A stretch of 64,000 bases of DNA, taken from positions 30,504,001 to 30,568,000 of the forward strand of contig NC_045138.2 of the NCBI RefSeq assembly GCF_008831285.2, in the 5' to 3' direction. The notes under the pieces were generated by a model, which did no database searches, had not been told where the DNA came from, and was given only the letters and a program-made list of their open reading frames with translations. How positions within the stretch are numbered: position 1 is the stretch's first letter; each line of letters starts with the position of its first letter. The stretch is from Nymphaea colorata (lineage: Eukaryota). Shown piece after piece: positions 52,231 through 63,830 of the stretch. The translations under genes and the position numbers were made by a program.

Positions 52231-53358
52231 GAAATAATATGATTAAGCAATCGCCAATTTGAAGCTGTCATAACATAAAAGAAAGATTTCCTAAGGATCA
52301 AAAGAGTATAAATGTTTTGTCTTGCAAGAAAACTGAGGCTTGAGTACGTTGGGATCTTTCACGCATAAACGGCAATTTTGGTCCTTTTCTTGTGCTTCTT
52401 CTCTCTTCTGCCTTTCTTGCACGGTTTCACTACTTTGCTTGCACATAAGCTGCCAGAAATGTGAACCATTTTTATGATATAGTGCATTTTTTGTACAAGT
52501 GCATTTTATAACAATTGTTAGTAGAAGATGTAACTTTGATAATACGCCCTTATGAACAGTAGATGGGGAGAAGAGCCTTCAATTTAATCAGCATGATATA
52601 TTTGGGTATTTTCTAAGACTTGATTATAAGATCTTATCTTTTTTTTTGGATCCGAACTAAAATGGATCTGCTGTGAGCCTAACCACTTCAATTATCAATT
52701 TATTACATAAACAAGAAGTTTTATGTGGGAGGGAATGAGGAGTTTTTTTTTTTTTTTTTTCCATTGAATGTTAGCGTGGAAAATTGTAAAACTTCGCAGG
52801 CTAAAAATGATACAAAAAGCAGCTGTTTTGGCAGTTATCTGCAAAATATCGCGGCGATTGAAAAATAAAAGAGTACGAAGCCCTTTTATTGAAATTCTGG
52901 TAAGTGGTCGGCGCTTGCATGGAAACGTTTCCCCCGTTAAGTCCACGACACTTTCAGTCTTCCGGCGAATCACCACCGTCCTCTTAAAAGAATCAACGGC
53001 GAACAATACGAGCGACCAAAGTGGCCTCGTGAGCGCGGAACTGCCGTTAGGCGCAATCAACGGCGGTGAGCCCAGTGGAATGGACGGTTACGATTTCGTT
53101 TGAACGAGATCCGTTCTTCGTTGGTGACCAGGGCTCGGACGCGGTCAACTGTGGGCTCGATTATGGGATTGAACCGTCGACCGGACGAGCCTACCTAAAT
53201 GATGCCAACTTTTAGCTAAGTGCCGCGCCGGTCGCAATCAAAGGCCTCTCTAGTTGGTGAAGGTCCCCATTGCATATGGGAAAGCTCAATGAAAAATAAG
53301 AGCTATACATTGTTGACTTATTTGTCATGCATCAAGCAAATGACTTTGGCCTCAAGTC

Positions 53359-53389
<31 letters not shown>

Positions 53390-54478
53390 GTCGGATTAAC
53401 GGTGTATTGAAGATGTGGATTCTCGTATGAATGTAGTTTTGCCGGATTAATGGTGCATTGAAGATGTTTGAAATATTGGTGTAGTAAATGATTTGAGGCT
53501 TGCATTTGAGTCCAGGGAGACTCGAGCTTTCAACTTCTCTCATGAATCATTTTCAAACAAAAGTGGACTTTGGGGGCAGAAGTCGTTCAGTTGTTGGAAT
53601 ATTTTTTCAGTGACACCTTCTTGTTCTAGTGTATTTCTATATTAGTCTTTACCTTTTAAATTTCTTCGAATCCAGGCTTCTTTTTTGGCGGTTGATGTTG
53701 GTCAAACATATGAAATTACTAAACAATTTGAACAGTAACAAGATAAACATAAACCGCCGGTGCTCACAAGAAAAGATCACATGAAAAACCTTACAAAGAT
53801 GAGACTTTTTGTAACACCCTGTGAGGAAGAAAACATGAGGATATCGGAAAAAGAGTTTTTTTTTTTTTTTTAATGAGATTTTTGGGTAACTGGGGTTCCT
53901 TTCTTAGGGTTTCATGTCAAGGTATATAAAAAGTTGTAATGCAATCAGATGGTAAAGTGGTTCACATTCAAAGGGTTTTATGTTTGAATCTTATAATCAC
54001 TATCATGTTTAGATATATTGTTTTTCTACAAATTGTGGCAAGTGCAACATCTGGAGATCCACTCAAACCCTAAAACAAACAAAAACTGTAGATATTGAAG
54101 GTATGATATTGAGGATATCATGCTAAAGGCGAATTCTTCTAAGTAAGCATTTATTAAGGTTTCACGTCAATGGCGTGTATTATAGAGTAAATTCAGTCTT
54201 TGACAAAGTGTGGTTGAATCTTGGTCAGGTTACATCTTTGAACTTTGAAATTTTAAAAAATATAAAGTTGGGAATTCGACAAGGCCTTTTAGACGTAGAA
54301 AACCTAACTTGCAAAAAAGAAACTAAAAACATGAACTTTCGAGCATTACTTTGACGATAAGTTATTAAGAGGAGGACTATTTCTGAAAAACTTTCTATTT
54401 AACGTTTCGAAAACCCCTTGTCTACTTCACAGCTTCTCCCAACAGCTGAACGGGCACAGACAGCACGCAGAAGAAGTA

Positions 54479-54482
<4 letters not shown>

Positions 54483-54522
<40 letters not shown>

Positions 54523-54540
54523 TCTCGCTCGCTCGCTCGC
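54483..54540 (+). repeat. (CT)n/(CTCG)n tract in the presumed 5' UTR of the proline-rich gene
   Basis: Directly visible ~40 nt upstream of ATG 54577, a common position for CT tracts in plant leaders. Confidence 0.9.
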
Positions 54541-54576
54541 GTTCTCAACCACCGGTCCACCGCCGCCACCGGCGTG

Positions 54577-56319
54577 ATGGAGACGGAGATGGGAGACGCT
54601 CCGCCCTTCTGGGCCGAGACCAACCGTAGGCGCCACCCTCGAAGGAATCAGGGGGGAATCTTTAGCATCTTCCTGTCGCCGGTAGCGCTCATTCCCGCCA
54701 TCTTGGTGGCGGCCATCCTCGCCTCCTACATTCCATCCCTGCTCTCCCCTTTCTTCCATCTCTTCCGCCGGACACTCCTCTTCAGGTCATGGGACAGCTT
54801 CAACTTCCTTCTCGTCCTGTTCGCCATCGTAGCCGGCATCTTCGGCCGCACCCCGGCCCCTCCCCTGGATGACCATCACCGTCACCAGCTGCAGCAGCGG
54901 GAAGGCGATTACTTGTCGTCGAATCTCTTCGAACTCCTAGGAAAGGCCGAGGATCAGGGTCTTGGCGAAGTGGAAAGCCGAGGGCTTAATGTCTCTCGCG
55001 AACTGAGGAATATCGAAATCGATGACGATGGTAGTCATCCTTCTATGGTGGAAGAGGAAGCGCGCCTTTCCGGCAGCGGAAGTGGCCGGAAGAAGAAGGC
55101 GCTCGATTTGAAAGGCGATCGGAGGCCGAAGGAAGCTTCTGCATCTGTGGAAGCCTGGTTTTCCAGAGCTGATGGCGGTAGGAAAGGGGAGGAGACACCT
55201 TCAGGCGACCCGCTTACGGAGAAAACTGCCCACCATTATCTGAGAGAGGATGATTTTGAATCTCCTGCTCCTCTCAAAACCATTCACGTCGATAACAGTA
55301 GCCTTATTCACAAAAAATATCCTTCTTTTACGCTGCCACCACCATCGCCACCGCCGCCGCCTCCCCCGCTGCCCCCATCCCCGTCACAGTTCGCGAAGGT
55401 GAAAGGAAGTATTAGGCCGAGGAGCAAGGACTCCTCGGTCACGTCTTTTCCTTCCTTTTCTCTGCCACCACCATCACCACCCCCTCCCCCGCCACCGTTG
55501 CCACCACCCCCATCTCCGGTGATGAAGATAAAGAGGAGTAGGCAGAGAAGCAAGGAGTCTTCCGTCATGTCCTTTCCTTCTTTCGGCTCCCGTAAGAAGG
55601 AAACCAAGGAGAAGAAGAAGGGCAGCGCCGCCGAGATCCCGGCCCCTCCGCCATTGCCACCGCCTCCTTCATTTTTCCGCACCTTGTTCGCGAGCCTCAA
55701 GAAGGAGGCCCAAGTAGAGCGGCGAAGGGTCCACTCTGTCTCCATTCCTCCGCCGCCGCCGCCACCACCGCCAGCTACGCTGTATCCGACAAAGATCGCC
55801 ACAAAAGACGCAACCTCCGCCAGGAAGAAGGAAACGACCATAAAGGGGAATGCTAGGGATTCGTCGATCAGGCGGCCGTCTCCGTTGCCGCCATTGGTTC
55901 CAGTAAGGGAGAAGTACAGAGCATACACTTTCAGACGCAAAAGCAGTGGCGGCGGCGGCTGGTTCATCCCTTCTTCACCTCCACCGCCGCCTCCGCCTCC
56001 GCCTCCGCCTCCGCCATTTTTAATTGTAGAGCAGAATACATCAACGCAGAGCAACTATATCAAGAGCCAAACGGAGCTGCACACGGATTATGACGGCACG
56101 GTCGAACAGAAACAGGGCAAGGAAGAAGAAGGAAAAGCAGAAGATAGTGGTGGTGGAAGCTCCTCCTTCTGCCCAAGTCCCGACGTTGACGTCAAGGCAG
56201 AAAAGTTCATTGCTCGAATCCGTGAAGGAATAAGACTCGAGAAGGTGCAATCTCTCAGAGAGAGGAGGGAAAGGGAAGCCATGAAATTAGAGAACAGGGG
56301 CGCCAATTCCGTGCTCTAA
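54577..56319 (+). CDS. Intronless proline-rich protein (hydroxyproline-rich glycoprotein annotation class) with N-terminal hydrophobic segments and a DUF761-type C-terminus, ~580 aa
   Basis: Long GC-rich ORF. The first ATG is at 54577 (METEMGDAPPFW); the ORF track start at 54418 is a TTG read through a CT microsatellite. Contains SWDSFNFLLVLFAIVAGIF, several polyproline tracts and C-terminal FCPSPDVDVKAEKFIARIREGIRLEK. Confidence 0.88.
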   Translation: METEMGDAPPFWAETNRRRHPRRNQGGIFSIFLSPVALIPAILVAAILASYIPSLLSPFFHLFRRTLLFRSWDSFNFLLVLFAIVAGIFGRTPAPPLDDHHRHQLQQREGDYLSSNLFELLGKAEDQGLGEVESRGLNVSRELRNIEIDDDGSHPSMVEEEARLSGSGSGRKKKALDLKGDRRPKEASASVEAWFSRADGGRKGEETPSGDPLTEKTAHHYLREDDFESPAPLKTIHVDNSSLIHKKYPSFTLPPPSPPPPPPPLPPSPSQFAKVKGSIRPRSKDSSVTSFPSFSLPPPSPPPPPPPLPPPPSPVMKIKRSRQRSKESSVMSFPSFGSRKKETKEKKKGSAAEIPAPPPLPPPPSFFRTLFASLKKEAQVERRRVHSVSIPPPPPPPPPATLYPTKIATKDATSARKKETTIKGNARDSSIRRPSPLPPLVPVREKYRAYTFRRKSSGGGGWFIPSSPPPPPPPPPPPPPFLIVEQNTSTQSNYIKSQTELHTDYDGTVEQKQGKEEEGKAEDSGGGSSSFCPSPDVDVKAEKFIARIREGIRLEKVQSLRERREREAMKLENRGANSVL

Positions 56320-57805
56320 GAATCAGAAAGCTTTCTAGCTCTTCTTCTGCTTCTTACTTGATTTACCGCAAAAGCATTTGATTCTTCACATTTAACACAT
56401 AGTTTGACGAAGAAGAATAAATTGGGTGTTGCTATTTTAAGGAAGATACAATCATTAAACTGTTCATTCTGTAAATTCTCACTGTATAGGAGATGAACAG
56501 ATTGATACTCATACTGCACGTATTATTTGCTGGTTGTTCATGTTCAAGGAGAGGATTTTTCTGTTTCTATGATTTTTCACTTTCCTGCTTTTGGTATGTT
56601 TTGAGTTTGCTGTGTAGAGATCTAAATGAGGTTTTCCAGCGAGGTTCTGTAACATCTTATCTAGACATGAAATGATAGAGGATTTGATTTTGTGGTAAAA
56701 GTGTTAGTTTCCTTTTCTTTCTTATAAAAGATTAGGTTGGAAGTCGTTTTCTATGTATGGAACAGTTGTTTGAATTGTGACAATTCAATTTGGTGGGTCT
56801 CTTCTTGGTGGCGAGATAGAATTTTAAATGCAGAATAATGATGGGCACCACTTACATAGTTATTAACATAAGAAGCCTCATTAAGCAAGATGAAACCTTG
56901 ATAATTTATTCATTAGCAGCCTCTTTTTGTCGTCGTTTTCTTTGTTTGAAGCTTTTTATCAAGATGAAGATGAACATTTTTGAGGCCCAAACTACTTTAT
57001 GAGCTTACCGCTTACTGTATAAGAAGCAAACGTCCAGGGAGCTTCAACTGCCATGCCTTTAATGAGAACAAACGCCATTGGCATTATCGTTTCACTGTAG
57101 TAAAGATCAACAGGCTTTCTTTTCCAATCCCGACTGATTTTCCTAAGCCCATTCTCTCCGCGTTTCTGCTTCTGAAGCTGTTTTCCTTTTCTTTGGACCA
57201 TTGAATGGCAGAGAAGCTTTTCCCAGTTTCAGCGAATGTTTTAAAAGCAGCAATTGAATCGAATTAGTTGGGCTGCCGATTCTTGAATCAATTATGAATC
57301 TTATAAAAAATATTATCATCAAAAGTTTAAATTAACTGAAAACAATTTAAAAAATGAATACTGTACGGCGTGTAGAACCCCTGTATTGACCGGAGAACCA
57401 AATCGATTTGCCGCCGATGAACCAACTCAGGATGATTTATAATTTTATACAAACGTTGGTTTCATCGATGGCATTATTACTCGAAAAAAAAGGGTTTGGT
57501 TCTTCTCTTTTACGGTGAATTTACTGGCTCAGATATCTGGAGCATAGTGTGAATAAGGTCATAGCTAAACTTTTGTCACAAGGAGAACCTTGTGACAATC
57601 AGTTTCTCGAAAACATCTAAGAAAAATATTGCAAATTGAACTTTTAGATCAATGCAGAAGAATGTGAAATAAAACAAAGAAAAGATGTGGCTCTTTCCTT
57701 TGGATGTCAATGAAAATCAGATAGTCCGATTGGAAAACAAAACTTGTCAAATCCGACTACAATTTACTTAATAGCTAGAGTAGATTGGGTGAGCAAGAGA
57801 AATAT

Positions 57806-57955
57806 TTCATCTTACTGCCCAACAAAAGAATCGAAGCCCCACCCTTCTCACCATCCCGTAGGCTACTAGGTTTGCTTTGGTTCATCTTACTGCCCAACAA
57901 AAGAGTCGAAGCCCCACCCTTCTCATCATCCCGTAGGCTACTAGGCTTGTTTTGG
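57806..57955. repeat. 75-bp tandem duplication, with a related dispersed copy at ~61868-61940
   Basis: ttcatcttactgcccaacaaaaga.tcgaagccccacccttctca.catcccgtaggctactagg occurs twice. Confidence 0.93.
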
Positions 57956-58556
57956 TTGTCATTAAGCGATGCTCCGCAATGAATGTTTCAACTTGCACAT
58001 CCATGCCTCTCATCCTCTCTTCTTCATGCAGCGACACAGACAATGACCGCGTATTAGTTCCCGCCCTATCTGTCGTGCCACCCTCTTGGGGATCGATAGT
58101 TAGAGTAGGCTTATGATTCATCTCCATCAAGAAGCATGAGGAATAAAAAATCCAACCATTGAATATGGTTTCAAGGCAGAGAAAAAAAAAATGAGTCTAA
58201 GAAGTGAGTGGCCAAGAAAGATCTCATCAAAGACAACGAGAATGAGAAGACTCCTTAGCAGGATTCAAATATTGAGAGGCTCATCTTCTTAGGACGATGC
58301 CTCTCGCATATTGATCTATATTTTAGAAGAATTGAGAGCAAGTGATTCTGCGCCGGAGTGGCCCATTCACTAGCTTTGTCGGTATATTGTTTAAACTATG
58401 GTGACAACCAAAGAAAGGGTTCTCAAGGTTGGCCGACATAGTAAAGAGAAATGGTTGGTGCCTAATCCTTGGATGAGTTGTTTTTCATTTTAATAATAAA
58501 GGAGGAAACTCGCTCAAGGAGTTTGGCATAGCTGGTCAGATCAGTGAGCAAGTGAC

Positions 58557-58631
58557 CAGTGACGTAACTACATTGTAACTGGTGTGGGCAGTTGTTCACA
58601 CCAGTTTCTTAAAAGTTTTGTATTATTAATG

Positions 58632-58681
<50 letters not shown>

Positions 58682-58751
58682 CAAACCGAATTTGAATTTG
58701 AGTGTGCTTAAACAAGTGTCCCTCCAACGAATTTTTCTGGCTCTGCTACTG
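58557..58751. mobile_element. hAT-type MITE (195 bp), family A
   Basis: Perfect 8-bp TSD caagtgac at 58549-58556 and 58752-58759. Ends cagtgacg... / ...ctggctctgctactg. Internal near-palindrome ggtgtgggcagttgttcacacc. Confidence 0.8.
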
Positions 58752-59414
58752 CAAGTGACTATAAGTAGAAGATCACCCCACGGTTCCATTCTTATAGGTA
58801 TCGACGGCCTTACACAAGACGATACAATACAGCTCCAGACCTTGAAAACTTAGGAAGCTTCTCATTCCTCACAAAAATTAATGAAGAATACTGCCAATTT
58901 CTCAGTTTTGGAAGTCCTATAAAACCAATGAGGGAAAAGGCTGGACATGCATAATTCTCTGTCTTCGTCTTCCAGGGTCAGGATATTGATTGGACTTTGG
59001 GATTATTTAATATTTAGAAAAATAGTTAATTTTTTTCTTATAATGTGATTCGTCTTAAGACAATGCGGTGGCTTTTAAGTATATGCTGTAACAATCTCTT
59101 TTCTCCACTGATGTCTTTAAGTTTATGTATCGTTTTTTACTCATAATTTAAAAGCATGTCACAGTTGAGAGAAAGGTACCGTCAAAGAAATGAAGTAAAA
59201 AGAAAGCAACATCTATGAGCTACGTCAGTCTTCCATGCATTTCGTTTCAAAACTTCCAGCAAGTTGCTTATAATTTGCATTTACTCTTTTAATCTTTTAG
59301 TAACTCGCCTGCATATATTAACGCCTCCATTAATATAAAATGAACACTCAATTAAGTCAAATCTCCAAAATGATCATTGCTTCTTAATTAGTTTGATAAT
59401 AGTTCCCTTAGTAT

Positions 59415-59831
59415 GGGATTATTTGGCAAAGAAACACATTGTTATTGTCCTATAAATCTGTCATGAAAATGGAATAGTTTCATAAAACACTTGGTATGGT
59501 GAATTTGTTTCATTGTTCACTGTAAACCGCCCCTTAGGACTGTTCACAAATTATAACTTAATGTTGTCGGCTCATGCTTCTAATCTAAAAAATTACTTAA
59601 ATACATTGGAAGTATTTCATGAATGTTCCCCACTTTTTGGGGCAGATGCATTGTTATGAAACAGCCCTTAAGGGCTGTTTGGCAATGAGAACAATTTGTT
59701 ATTATTATATTAATGTCTCAAAAATTATGGCAGATTAACATCGTTATTATATTTATAAATCTGCTCCAATCTTTGGAGCTGGTTGATAGAATAGAATAGT
59801 AACAAACTGTTACTATTGTCAAACTGGTCCC
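59415..59831. mobile_element. Three adjacent Tourist (PIF/Harbinger)-type MITEs
   Basis: Units 59415-59533 (gggattatttgg...aaaccgcccc), 59537-59667 (ggactgttcac...gaaacagccc) and 59672-59831 (gggctgtttggcaa...tgtcaaactggtccc), separated only by tta and ttaa. Confidence 0.65.
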
Positions 59832-60001
59832 TATATCAGCTGCAGCATTTATCCAACAATTTTGATCTAAAGGTTAACACTAATTCAAAAACTCTCATAG
59901 TTTTAGGGGCACCACGATATATAATTGAGTAAATCATTTGAGGCATCAGTATGAAAATGTGGGGCTGGCGTCGGCAACTACCTACACCTGTCTATAAGTA
60001 C

Positions 60002-60440
60002 TGATAAAATGGAAATGTATACCAAAATTAGGGGACAAAAAGTCCCCTAGTTACAAAAATTGGGAACAAGAAGTCCCCTAGTTACAGTATCAAACCACAA
60101 GACAGAAGTAAAAGACAAAATATACATTACAACTCACAAAAAACGAAATAAGAGGGGTGGGGAGAGAGTGGAAGGACGGAACAACACCCTCAACCAGCCG
60201 CAGAAAGAGGACACCACCGCAGCCGAATAGCAAAATGGACATCTTCCTGCACAAGAAGAGCCACAGACTCCGGCAAAGAAAATGTGCCCCTGAAGACCAT
60301 GTTGTTGCGCTCCTCCCAAATGCGCCACCAACCTGTAATGATCCACAACATCCAAACACATACACCTGTCTATAAATGGCTCCACTACTGCCCAACTCTA
60401 GACAAGATCGAGACTCATGATAACGAATGAACAGACTCAA
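60002..60440 (-). mobile_element. 5'-truncated L1 LINE 3' end (ORF2 C-terminus plus 3' UTR)
   Basis: A minus-strand frame around 60280-60355 reads WMLWIITGWWRIWEERNNMVFRG, the W.IW.ERN...F motif at the end of plant L1 ORF2. A T/GT-rich 3'-UTR-like tract with tgtaa motifs follows and ends in ttttatca. Confidence 0.7.
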
Positions 60441-60724
60441 AGTGCGAATTTAAATTTGTTTTTATATGATAATCCTAATTATCATCAATAAGAATGTCAG
60501 TGGATCAGATTTTAATTGAAAAACGGCTGAATTGTTTAAAAAATTTGGACAACATCTGATTACAAGATTAGGTCATATTCAGATTTAAAAAGTGGTATTC
60601 AATGAGCAGATTCAAATTTGGTTTGAGTAAGTACTGGATCGGATAATAAACATCAACATGTTCAATCAAATTTTTGTATATCCAATATTTTAAAAGTCGC
60701 GTCTTAACATACCATAATGCGGTC

Positions 60725-60761
60725 ACACCTTCCCGGCCCTTTCGGCTAAGATCAAGTGTAG
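60725..60761 (+). pseudogene. 3'-truncated U2 snRNA retrocopy (first ~37 nt of U2) flanked by a 19-bp degenerate direct repeat
   Basis: ACACCTTCCCGGCCCTTTCGGCTAAGATCAAGTGTAG matches the plant U2 5' end as I recall it (ATACCTTTCTCGGCCTTTTGGCTAAGATCAAGTGTAG), with the last 18 nt identical. Flanks are aacataccataatgcggtc (60706-60724) and aatatatcataatgtggtt (60763-60781). No Sm site or 3' U2 stem-loops follow. Confidence 0.85.
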
Positions 60762-60808
60762 CAATATATCATAATGTGGTTAGAATTTTGATTCAGATTT
60801 CATTGTGA

Positions 60809-61051
60809 ATTTGAAAAAGTCGGATTCGGAGTAGATTCAGAATTTAAAAGTCAGATAAGAATATGGTGTAGTTCTTTTTTCTCTTTTTTTTGGTTCGCAT
60901 TCAAATCCGAATATATGAACATATTTGAAAAAGTCGGATTCAGAGTAGATTCGGAATTTAAAAGTCAGATAAGAATATGGTGATAAGAATATGGTGTAGT
61001 TCTTTTTTCTCTTTTTTTTGGTTCGCATTCAAATCCAAATATATGAACATA
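60809..61051. repeat. ~114-bp tandem duplication with a nested 14-bp duplication
   Basis: atttgaaaaagtcggattc...aatatatgaacat occurs twice; the second copy contains ataagaatatggtg twice. Confidence 0.92.
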
Positions 61052-62382
61052 TGATCAAAGTCATATCTTAAACACAAATTTAAATCCAAATCTGTGAATG
61101 AACATGATCAAATTAGATATGTTAAAAGGTATAGGCATGTGCAATGTGAGACCCACACTTGAGCTGTATCATCACATCTTGAGAGTGATTTGACTGGCAG
61201 TTTTCTCCAAAATAGAGGGACCCGAGAACTAAATTGACAGGTAACTGAACCAGAGAAGCTGGCACGCAACCCTATGAGCATTACAGAATGAATTCAAAAC
61301 AGGTATATAAGGCAAATGTGTTCCTTAATTCCTTGTAATATATTGGCGACATGATTGGATCTGTAGAATCCAAATCTCGACCCTGAATCCATTTATTTTG
61401 GTTTACTTTACAGGAAAATCTGGTACGTAAAGCAAGATTTGACCCGAAACCCCAACCGCTTACATTCCTAAATATGTTTCCATGAAGTGTCTCTTTAGGT
61501 CCCTGAAAAGATATGAATTGGAGTCCTCTTTATATTGATATAAACCACGAAATTATGTACATGTCATCGATTGTTTTTGTGTGATATGTATATTCTGAAC
61601 TGATGGAGAAGTGGGTGCCATCATAGTAGAAAAGCATGAGATTGGCCCTTAAAATTTACGTTTCAGAGAAGAGAAGGGTCCCTCTCATTCATTGTCAAGT
61701 GGCACACCATCTCACCTGCAAAGGAGGGCCTTCCTCAAACTCATTATTTGGTTTCGTGATTTCTTTTACATTGAATTTCACTTTGATTTTCAGCCCTTTT
61801 ACCAAAATAATTCATCCATGTTTCTCAAACTCGGTTTCACAATGAGTTTCTAGGTAAGTAGGATGAGTATTTCATCTTATTGCCCATATAAGAGTCGAAG
61901 GCCCCAACCAACCCCTCATCTTTCTATGGTCTATGGCCTACTTTGAGGTGCCGCCCCTCACTACATTTCAGCTTCAGTGTTAAGTGGTCCTCCGTTTGTA
62001 GCACAAAGAGCTAATGCCTTATGAATTAAAAACAAGATTTGATCCTCTACAAATCTCTGTCTCGACCATTACGCCAACCTCCTTGGAGACTGTTTCACAA
62101 GGAGTTTATGTATAAGAAACCTTGATGTGGAAGAAGATCTTTACCGCTTAAGGGCTTCATAACTTTGGGTACGGAAGGGCACGAAAGCCTCCTCATCTTC
62201 TCCCATTTTGAAACTTGGGTGGGAGTGATATATCTGTAAACTAGAGTATCATGCATCTATCATTTTAGTCTATACGAGTAGCACTCACTAGAATTGAATG
62301 GATAATGACTATCTTTACTACACTTCTCATTGCTTGAGGTAATAATCTAAATGGTTGCAGTTCAAGCTGAACATAAACTAGC

Positions 62383-62439
<57 letters not shown>

Positions 62440-62805
62440 GGGAAAAAGTAGTTTCAAAATATAGAATTGATTTTAATATCTAATTATAGTTTAGAAAGTG
62501 TCCTGACCCTTGGAATACTTGGACTTTTGGTTGAACTCTTACGGGTGTTTGTCTGCAGGAGAAACTTAGTTGAGATAAATTTTCAATGGATATCTTGTCT
62601 CAATAAATTATCCAACGGAAAAAGGGGGCATGCTTTTTGGGTGAGTGGGCATAGGATAGATATGATTTCCCAAGACTTTACAGATAAATTGTTCTTAAAA
62701 CTAAAAAGACTTTTGAAACACTCTTCCAAAAAGATCCCTCTTTTGGGGCACGCTCTTACTATTCTTGACTAAAATGCTTTAAGCTATTATAGATGATAGA
62801 TGGCT

Positions 62806-62880
62806 TCCAAGGGTTTGGCACATTGGTTTGGACCGGTAGCTGGTAGGGAGCTAGTTCATGGTTCAAGTGCCATTGAGACT
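62806..62880 (+). mobile_element. tRNA-derived SINE-like head
   Basis: A-box-like tggcacattgg and B-box-like ggttcaagtgcc. Related heads starting (t)caagg..ttggc occur at ~58513 (+) and ~62030-62088 (-). Confidence 0.4.
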
Positions 62881-62926
62881 ATCCCTTTCTATTGTTGGAA
62901 CATGCTATGGAGCCCTAAACGGTAAG

Positions 62927-63060
62927 CAATGTTGATGTCGTAGCTGGTGTGGGCAATTGACCACACCATCCCACAGAATTTGTTTTATTTATACATAAAT
63001 ATGTCATTAGTTTTTACTTTTTTTTTTTTTAATATGAGAAAATTTTCTGGCTCTACCACG
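62927..63060. mobile_element. hAT-type MITE, family A (more decayed)
   Basis: Core ctggtgtgggcaattgaccacacc and end aattttctggctctaccacg. Flanks acggtaag / agggtagg match at 6 of 8 positions. Confidence 0.65.
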
Positions 63061-63683
63061 AGGGTAGGGACCGTGAAACCATTGTGCCAGACTAAAATAC
63101 TCTCATTAAAATAAAAAGAAATTTTTGAAAAGGGTAAAAGGGATTGTAAAAATTGGAAAAGTCTAAAATACCTATTATTTTATTAAAAAATTCAAAAATT
63201 GCCCCACTGGTCGGTTCATAGTTGTTGCGCGCACTCAATCACAGCTGGATTATGTCGGATCTAAAGATCCATGTTCTGATCACCTTTGATCCAAGATGTT
63301 AAGATCTTAGATCCTTGACTTCTAACAGTGAGAATTTGAAATCTTTTTGTTCAAAAATATGCATTGGATAACACCGTTAAAATCCGGATCTCAAGTTAGA
63401 CCCGTCCCCCCTCACTTGAGAACTGATCTTAAATTTACATATAGAAATTTGAATTTTTAAAAATCCTGTTGGCCTCCGCCCTTCATAAACAATACAGTAA
63501 CACTGTATCCTTCCAGATTTTTAAATATTTTTTGGAAAATCCAATGGATTGATTTGTGCAGCTAAATGCATATGTTAAGAGATTTTATGAGCTAAAAAAT
63601 GTTTTAGATTATTAATTTTTAAACCACTCAAACATTTCAATTTTATGCTAATGGGCACCAATTAAAAAATACTCATACTTTTA

Positions 63684-63759
63684 GAGTCTGTTTGGCAATA
63701 CCAACTAGTTATAATTGTCTCATAAACATGTTTCAAAAATTAAAACAGATAATAGCTGC

Positions 63760-63809
<50 letters not shown>

Positions 63810-63830
63810 GTTATTATTACCAAACGGGCG
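63684..63830. mobile_element. Tourist-type MITE containing an expanded (TTA)n microsatellite
   Basis: gagtctgtttggcaata ... tattaccaaacgggcg, with tta in both flanks. (TTA)n at ~63760-63819. Confidence 0.6.

Noticed and set aside
52695..53103. Opposing 121-aa and 111-aa ORFs
   Set aside because: No recognisable motifs or splice structure; expected by chance in a GC-richer patch.
54418..54576. N-terminal extension of the 633-aa ORF
   Set aside because: Starts at TTG and reads through the CT microsatellite; the first ATG is at 54577.
55308..56054. 248-aa Gly-rich antisense ORF
   Set aside because: Mirror of the polyproline codons of the sense gene, with no independent evidence.
57785..57982. 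Repeat-containing 65-aa ORF or CRISPR-like array
   Set aside because: A two-unit 75-bp tandem duplication with no spacers, in eukaryotic DNA. No CRISPR array or cas gene is present in the window.
60725..60761. Functional U2 snRNA gene
   Set aside because: Only 37 nt, with no recognisable USE/TATA promoter, Sm site or 3' stem-loops.
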